In this document: positions 20,471-26,558 of the stretch, one piece after another
Position numbering within the stretch: the stretch's first letter is position 1
Layout: the number at the start of each line of letters is the position of its first letter
DNA from: Euryarchaeota archaeon UBA251
Lineage (GTDB): Archaea; Thermoplasmatota; Poseidoniia; Poseidoniales; Thalassarchaeaceae
Direction: 5' to 3'
DNA length: 49,201 bases
Assembly: GCA_002497905.1 (NCBI GenBank)
Contig: DAFJ01000059.1
Coordinates: 1 to 49,201 of the forward strand
Program-made: the position numbers and the translations under genes
Notes under the pieces: generated by a model
Seen by the model: the letters and a program-made list of their open reading frames with translations, nothing else
Database searches by the model: none
What the model was told of the DNA's origin: nothing

Positions 20471-21067
20471 ATGTCTGACGAGGGGCAAAACTACTCCATC
20501 TTTAACAGTAGATTGTTGATTGACGTCGTTGGTGATGTTACCGATGAAGCCTTGAAGGCAAGTAAACTCAAAGAAATAATTGGAATAATCGGTGGCCGGC
20601 TTTTCAATTGGGCATCGAGAAAGTCGTTTTTCCCGTTACACCTTGGGATCAAGTGTTGTGCGTTAGAGATGGCAGCCGCCGGCGGTCCACGATTTGATGC
20701 TCAAAGATTCGGACTTTTCTTCCGAAGCAGTCCTAGGCAATGTGACGTACTGCTTGTCAATGGCCCAATATCAAAGAAGTTTGCAGATCCGATTGTTCGA
20801 CTTTGGGAACAAATGCCAGAGCCAAAGTGGTGTATTGCAATGGGAGAGTGTGCAATCTCAGGTGGCCCCTATTTCCAGTCATACAATGTGCTCGAAGGCG
20901 TGGATACCGTAATCCCAGTTGACGTCTACATTCCTGGTTGCCCCCCTCGCCCAGAAGCTCTAATCGATGGATTTGATCTACTTCGTCAGCGGATTCTCCT
21001 CAATGGCGTCAGCCCTGAAATGATTTCAGAAGATACACCAAGCCCAGTCGTTGTGGGGGATGATTGA
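20471..21067 (+). CDS. nuoB: Complex I-like subunit B (N2 cluster)
   Basis: Motifs CCALEM, SPRQCD, QMPEPKWCIAMGECA and VDVYIPGCPPRPEAL. Confidence 0.96.
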   Translation: MSDEGQNYSIFNSRLLIDVVGDVTDEALKASKLKEIIGIIGGRLFNWASRKSFFPLHLGIKCCALEMAAAGGPRFDAQRFGLFFRSSPRQCDVLLVNGPISKKFADPIVRLWEQMPEPKWCIAMGECAISGGPYFQSYNVLEGVDTVIPVDVYIPGCPPRPEALIDGFDLLRQRILLNGVSPEMISEDTPSPVVVGDD

Positions 21068-21736
21068 ATGGGTATGAAAGTGGATAATGACAAGCAGGTC
21101 GCTGCATCCAATGACCTGATTAGTGCAATCCAAGCCGAATTTGCGGATGAAGGTTTGACTTGTGAATTACGATTCCATGCAGGTGGGAAACAGAAGAGAC
21201 CCTTTGTATTCATTGAATGCCCTCCTGCAATTTGGTTAATTGTAGCAGAAACTCTCTCCGAGGTTCATGGTGTCGATTATTGTTCAATGATTACTGGCAT
21301 CCACTGGCCGGAAAAGGCACCGGAAATGGAATGGCAAGTAGTAGTGCATTTGATGAGAATGAGTATTCGAAATCCTAAATCTAAGGATGGAATATTGATT
21401 CCTACGATAACAGATGCATCTATCGTTCAAGGCGCTGCAATGCCTTTGGAATTGGAGATAAGCATAGCAATTCCAGAAACAAGAACTCCCTCTATACCTT
21501 CAGTTCAACACATCTGGGTGGGTGCAGATTGGAATGAGAAAGAGACATGGGACCTCGTGGGCATTGATTTTGATGGACATAAGGACATGAGACGAGTCCT
21601 ACAGCCTCATGAGACGCCTGCAGGTTTCCATCCTCTCCAGAAGCAACACAAGTTGCGATATCATGAGTTCAATGAGATGTACGATGATGCCCAAGGCTTC
21701 ATGCGTAAATCGGAAGATATTGGCAAGGTCAAGTAA
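21068..21736 (+). CDS. nuoC: Complex I-like subunit C
   Basis: PSVQHIWVGADWNEKETWDLVGIDFDGH and FHPLQK; lies between nuoB and nuoD. Confidence 0.9.
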   Translation: MGMKVDNDKQVAASNDLISAIQAEFADEGLTCELRFHAGGKQKRPFVFIECPPAIWLIVAETLSEVHGVDYCSMITGIHWPEKAPEMEWQVVVHLMRMSIRNPKSKDGILIPTITDASIVQGAAMPLELEISIAIPETRTPSIPSVQHIWVGADWNEKETWDLVGIDFDGHKDMRRVLQPHETPAGFHPLQKQHKLRYHEFNEMYDDAQGFMRKSEDIGKVK

Positions 21737-21748
21737 GGGGTGATTCGC

Positions 21749-22885
21749 ATGGCAGAAATGTGGATTTCTATGGGTCCGCAGCACCCCATGACTCATGGAC
21801 TTTGGACTCTTAAAGTGAAGATCGATGGTGAAACAATCGTCGATACGATACCTGATTTAGGCTACATTCATCGCGGTGTAGAGAAAATTTGCGAGGCTAG
21901 AGATTTCACCCAAATCACCCCTTATTGCGATCGTTTATGCTATGCTAGTGCCAATACTTGGTCACATTCGTATATCTATGCGGCAGAAAATTTGTTAGAA
22001 GTAGAAGTTCCCGAACGTGCAGAGTATATCCGCCTCATTGCAGTCGAGTTACAGAGGATAGCAAGCCATCTTATGTGGCTGGGAGCTTACTGCCCAGATA
22101 TCGGTAATCTTACTGCATTCGTATATTGCCTCCGTGAGCGCGAAATGATGCTCGATCTTCTTCAGGAATTGGGAGGTTCAAGAATGCACTACAATTTCCC
22201 AAGAATAGGCGGTGTCAAACGTGATTTACCTCATGGTTTTGCTATGCGTTGCCGCGCAAAAGTGAAACTCTTCTTAGAGAGGATACATGAGTACGAAGCA
22301 CTCCTTGATGAATCTACGATATTTTTGATCAGGACTCAGGGAGTTGGATATGCAAAACCCGAAGAGATGGTGAATCATGGAGTCACAGGCCCCAACCTCA
22401 GAGCCGGTGGAGTGAATTATGATGTCAGATGGGCTCACCCTTACTCAGTTTACGACGAGTTAGATTGGATTCCGTCAGTAGAGCGTTCATCGGTAAAGGG
22501 CGCTGATTGTTACGACCGTTATCGTGTGAGGCTTGATGAAATGAAAACCTCTGCAGATCTTGTACTCCAAGCATTAGATGGAATTCCAGGTGGCGCCGAT
22601 ACATATCACGAACCAGGCGATCCTGCACTCTTGGGCAAGGCTCCATCAAGAGCAAGTGATGGGCAGACTGGATTCCATCATTTCGAAGATCCGAGGGGTG
22701 AATCATTGTTTTACATTGTAGGTGGAGGAGATGCTCGAGGCAAGAATCCATACCGTGTATCCATTCGTTCTCCCATGTTCATTACAATTCCATATGCTGC
22801 AAAATGTATGATAGGCTACAAAATTGCAGATGTTCCCGCAATCATGGGAAGCTTCGATCCTTGTATCGGGGAGACCGATCGGTGA
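21749..22885 (+). CDS. nuoD: Complex I-like subunit D
   Basis: Motifs MGPQHPMTHG, GYIHRGVEK, DRLCY, ELQRIASHL, EDPRGE and DPCIGETDR. Confidence 0.96.
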   Translation: MAEMWISMGPQHPMTHGLWTLKVKIDGETIVDTIPDLGYIHRGVEKICEARDFTQITPYCDRLCYASANTWSHSYIYAAENLLEVEVPERAEYIRLIAVELQRIASHLMWLGAYCPDIGNLTAFVYCLREREMMLDLLQELGGSRMHYNFPRIGGVKRDLPHGFAMRCRAKVKLFLERIHEYEALLDESTIFLIRTQGVGYAKPEEMVNHGVTGPNLRAGGVNYDVRWAHPYSVYDELDWIPSVERSSVKGADCYDRYRVRLDEMKTSADLVLQALDGIPGGADTYHEPGDPALLGKAPSRASDGQTGFHHFEDPRGESLFYIVGGGDARGKNPYRVSIRSPMFITIPYAAKCMIGYKIADVPAIMGSFDPCIGETDR

Positions 22886-22889
22886 TAAT

Positions 22890-24380
22890 ATGGTTGCAAC
22901 TGACTGGTTCGATGTTCGAGGAGCAGTGTCTTGGTTGGCAGAACAAACCATGGATTATACTGTGGGTATGACCAGATTTTGGGAACAGAAGTATTGGTTG
23001 AGTGATTTTACTGCGGCCTTTGCAATGGCTGCCATAATCTTCGTAGTTACCATGCTTTCAGTGCTCGGCCCAGTATGGATGGAACGCAAACTCATTGCGC
23101 GATTGATGGATCACCGTGGCTCAACAATTGCCATACGTTCGTTGTGGACTGGAGAAGGTAATATTCGAGTAGAATGGTGGAAAAATTTACCATTTGGTAT
23201 CGGGATACCTATTGGCTGGGTCAATGGATTTCTATGGAATAATTTCGGAAATGAATCAAGTAATCCGAAGGTCACACAGGTAGGAAATCGAAGTTATGCT
23301 GGTTGGTGGTGGGCTCTGCCAGGTATGATTAACAATTTCGCAGATTTCACAAAATTCGCCATTAAAGAACACATGCCTCCTCGGGACGCAGATACCGTAA
23401 CTTACGAGGTGGCACCTTTCATCATCATATCCACAACATTGCTTGTTTTCGCGTTCATACCTTATGGCCCTACTCTTTTCGCAGCGAATCCAGATCTTTC
23501 ACTAATCTACATGATGGCAATTTTCGGTATCGCTCCCTTAGGTGTCTTTTTCGCAGGATGGGCGTCCAACAACAAGTATACCCTAATTGGTGGAATGCGT
23601 AGTGCTGCACAATTAACAGCTTACGAAATCCCCCTCCTTGTTACCGTTCTTGGAATTGCAGTACTTAGTGGCAGTTTGAATATTATTGAAATTGCTGAAT
23701 TCCAGATGAATAGTTCTGAAGGTAGTGTTTGGAACATCTTCCTAATGCCTCTTGGAGCAGCATTATTCTTGATTACGATGATTGCAGAAGTCGAGCGCAC
23801 ACCCTTCGATATGCCTGAAGCAGAGGCTGAATTGGTAGAGGGCTGGTGGACAGAATATGGAGGTATGAGATGGGGACTTCTCTTCGCATCTGAGTATCTG
23901 AGGGCCTTAGCCGCGTGTCTTTTGTTCTCACTATTTTTCTTGGGGGGCTGGGAATTCCCGTTTGAGGATTCACTAATCACTATCCCAATTATTGGAGGTA
24001 TTTTCGAGTTTATTTTCCAAATAATTCCACATTCAATTTGGTTGTTGATGAAAGCCTGGCTCGTGTTTGGCTTCTTCATCTGGGTTCGTGCGTCCCTACA
24101 TCGTGTTAGGACAGACCAAATTCTAGAGTTTGGTTGGAGATACCTATTACCTCTGTCAGTAGTTCAACTTGGATTAAGCATGTGGCTCAGGCTAGGGGTT
24201 TACGATGGTGGCTCATGGCCACTCATAGTACCAGTCCTAATCACACTCGTTTCTATCATCCTTTTCGTTGTCTTAGTCATGGATGAAGATGAGGATGCAC
24301 TCGCTGAGCAACGGCGTCCCTATCATGTCAGTGAGATTAACAAGGCTTCACCTGGCGCTAGAATGAATATGGAGGATTGA
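22890..24380 (+). CDS. nuoH: Complex I-like subunit H
   Basis: Motifs WMERK, GWASNNKYTLIGGMRSAAQLTAYE, RTPFDMPEAEAELVEG and RVRTDQ. Confidence 0.96.
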   Translation: MVATDWFDVRGAVSWLAEQTMDYTVGMTRFWEQKYWLSDFTAAFAMAAIIFVVTMLSVLGPVWMERKLIARLMDHRGSTIAIRSLWTGEGNIRVEWWKNLPFGIGIPIGWVNGFLWNNFGNESSNPKVTQVGNRSYAGWWWALPGMINNFADFTKFAIKEHMPPRDADTVTYEVAPFIIISTTLLVFAFIPYGPTLFAANPDLSLIYMMAIFGIAPLGVFFAGWASNNKYTLIGGMRSAAQLTAYEIPLLVTVLGIAVLSGSLNIIEIAEFQMNSSEGSVWNIFLMPLGAALFLITMIAEVERTPFDMPEAEAELVEGWWTEYGGMRWGLLFASEYLRALAACLLFSLFFLGGWEFPFEDSLITIPIIGGIFEFIFQIIPHSIWLLMKAWLVFGFFIWVRASLHRVRTDQILEFGWRYLLPLSVVQLGLSMWLRLGVYDGGSWPLIVPVLITLVSIILFVVLVMDEDEDALAEQRRPYHVSEINKASPGARMNMED

Positions 24381-24382
24381 AA

Positions 24383-25381
24383 ATGGCGTATCACCCAAGA
24401 GCAACACCGAATTTTCGGAATCTTGTAGTTCGGCCAATGTGGATTACATTGCGAGCAGCTCTCAGAACAATACCTGTAATTGGACCCAAGTTATTTTCTT
24501 CCGGCTATCATGGAAAGGAAGCAATAATGCTGGATGAAAAGACAGCTAACAGGATCAAAGATGGCGATAGAGAATCACGATTTTATGCCGCAGATCGTGA
24601 AACCAGTCATTTCGTAAAATCGCCTTCTCGCCCAGTTACGATAATGTATCCATACGAACGCTTGGAAGATCTTGAGCCATGGCTTTTCGTCCCTAACAAC
24701 TACAATGGGAGAATTGGTGTTGTTTGGGAAACATGCACAGCTTGCAAGGCATGTGTTCGAGCATGTCCAAATGATTGCTTACACATGGAATCCGAAGTTC
24801 GAGTGAACGTACTGGATATGCCGGATGCTTCTGATGAAAACTTAGGATTGAGCACTGTTGAATTCATGGAAGGAGGGTATCTCGCTCAAAAGAAAGAAGA
24901 TTTTGAGGATATTGAAAACACATTTTCATTGGAGACCGCCCATGAATCTGCACCTCAACAATATGATTTTGCTGAGATAATCGATTTGAGTGGCAACACT
25001 GCCTCCGTTCGTTGGCAAGAGACGGGAAAGATCGAATCAGTTGATTTAGAGGGCATGATTCCTGCAGAACAGGACATTGTGTCAGGTCGAATTGACTTGG
25101 GTAGATGCATGTTTTGCGGTCTTTGCATGGAGTCATGTCCATTCAATTCCTTCTTCATGACAAATGAGTACGATGGTATGTCCGGAATGACACGCAACGA
25201 CCTATGGATGGACGCATCAAGAACAAGAGTCCTTCCAGTTGTCCACAAAGAAGCTGTGGATAGGGAGCTTGCTAAGAGGGCTGACAAAGAACGATCAAAG
25301 AGGGAACGTGCTGCAAAGAAAGCTAGCAAAACTAAGCAGCAAGCGGAAGATAAACCGGGGAATGCTGAAGCGGAGGCCTGA
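24383..25381 (+). CDS. nuoI: Complex I-like subunit I (2x[4Fe-4S]) with long insert and basic tail
   Basis: Motifs VTIMYPYE, CTACKACVRACP and IDLGRCMFCGLCMESCP. Confidence 0.92.
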   Translation: MAYHPRATPNFRNLVVRPMWITLRAALRTIPVIGPKLFSSGYHGKEAIMLDEKTANRIKDGDRESRFYAADRETSHFVKSPSRPVTIMYPYERLEDLEPWLFVPNNYNGRIGVVWETCTACKACVRACPNDCLHMESEVRVNVLDMPDASDENLGLSTVEFMEGGYLAQKKEDFEDIENTFSLETAHESAPQQYDFAEIIDLSGNTASVRWQETGKIESVDLEGMIPAEQDIVSGRIDLGRCMFCGLCMESCPFNSFFMTNEYDGMSGMTRNDLWMDASRTRVLPVVHKEAVDRELAKRADKERSKRERAAKKASKTKQQAEDKPGNAEAEA

Positions 25382-25383
25382 GT

Positions 25384-25653
25384 ATGGCTATCGATGGTGA
25401 GTTAATCACCTTTGGAATCTTCAGTTTCATTGCAATATTAGGTGCACTTGGTTGCGTTTATGCTAACCGAGTGGCGCATTCGATGCTATCTTTGACCTTC
25501 TGTTTCTTCGCTGTTGCAGGTGTTTTCGTACTAGCTGGGGCTGAACTTCTTTCAGCGATTCAGATTCTCGTCTACCTCGGCAGTGTCATGCTAGTTGTTC
25601 AGTTTGGCGTGATGCTCACGCGACGCCAGATTATGGAGGGTGACTTCGAATGA
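25384..25653 (+). CDS. nuoJ: Complex I-like subunit J, N-terminal half (J1)
   Basis: 3 TMs; AELLSAIQILVYLGSVMLV...GVMLT. Confidence 0.9.
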   Translation: MAIDGELITFGIFSFIAILGALGCVYANRVAHSMLSLTFCFFAVAGVFVLAGAELLSAIQILVYLGSVMLVVQFGVMLTRRQIMEGDFE

Positions 25654-26249
25654 TGCGTGCACTAGGAAACTCTGCTAGAGCGGGTATTATCGTGCTCGGT
25701 CTCTACTTGATGGGGCTTCTTGTGGACGCTTCGCGATGGGACGCTCCAATGGTTGAGATGTCCTCTCCGACAGCTAGTTTCGCGGATGTACTCATGGTCG
25801 ATTGGTCGCTTGCACTCGTGGTACTAGGGGCTCTTCTCTGTATGGCGATGATTGGGGCATCATACCTTGTTCGTGACGAGCGTCTAGAAAATCTCGTCTG
25901 GAATGAAAGTGACATAGAAGTTGCATCCGCACCAAGCAAGCGAAGTTTACCGCCCAAGCCTATGGACAAGGTGTCTGGAAATGAACTTGCTATGCTTGCG
26001 AACTTCCTTGCTGAGAAAGGTCAGACGGTGTTCCAGTTCTTCCGCTCCATTGATCTCGATGATTCTGGTGAGATTGATACGATGGAATTTCAGCTTGCTC
26101 TCTCCAAGGCAGAGATTGCTAATCTTCCTCCATGGGACATCGATGTTCTGGTGTCTCAGATGGACTTGAATGGGGATGGTAAGTTGGATCTACCAGAACT
26201 CGATATTGCCTTACTTAACGTCGCTACCACTGGAGGTGAAGAGGAATGA
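25650..26249 (+). CDS. nuoJ: Complex I-like subunit J, C-terminal half (J2), fused to a paired EF-hand domain
   Basis: NuoJ TM5 pattern (WSLALVVLGALLCMAMIGASYLVR) followed by EF loops DLDDSGEIDTME and DLNGDGKLDLPE. Confidence 0.85.
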   Translation: MMRALGNSARAGIIVLGLYLMGLLVDASRWDAPMVEMSSPTASFADVLMVDWSLALVVLGALLCMAMIGASYLVRDERLENLVWNESDIEVASAPSKRSLPPKPMDKVSGNELAMLANFLAEKGQTVFQFFRSIDLDDSGEIDTMEFQLALSKAEIANLPPWDIDVLVSQMDLNGDGKLDLPELDIALLNVATTGGEEE

Positions 26250-26548
26250 TTGATCCAGGCTATATCGCGGGATTATCTACGATTCTGTTCTTCATAGGCT
26301 TAGCAGGCGCCTTCACTCGGAAGCACGCAATCATTGTCCTGATGTGTATCGAGATTATGTTGAACGCTGTGAACCTGAACTTTGTAGCTGTGTCCATGCA
26401 GACAGGTAATGTCGAAGGGTGGGTATTCATTTCAATTGCAATTGCAATCGCTGCTGCTGAGGTAGCGGTTGGACTTGCGATTTTCTTGTCATTGTATAGC
26501 ACTAGGGAGACAATCAACCTCGATGAGGTTGATTTGCTGAAGCACTGA
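26246..26548 (+). CDS. nuoK: Complex I-like subunit K
   Basis: Motifs LMCIEIMLNAVNLNFV and AIAAAEVAVGLAI. Confidence 0.96.
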   Translation: MIDPGYIAGLSTILFFIGLAGAFTRKHAIIVLMCIEIMLNAVNLNFVAVSMQTGNVEGWVFISIAIAIAAAEVAVGLAIFLSLYSTRETINLDEVDLLKH

Positions 26549-26558
26549 GGTGATGAAG

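Noticed and set aside
20471-22885. Group 4 [NiFe] hydrogenase or Mrp antiporter
   Set aside because: NuoD lacks complete CxxC Ni motifs, NuoB has tandem CC, and the A-B-C-D-H-I-J-K-L-M-N order is complex I type.
25384-26249. Split nuoJ as a frameshifted pseudogene
   Set aside because: A split J is common in archaeal Nuo/Fpo operons; J2 has its own SD (GAGGGTGA) and an ATGA overlap.
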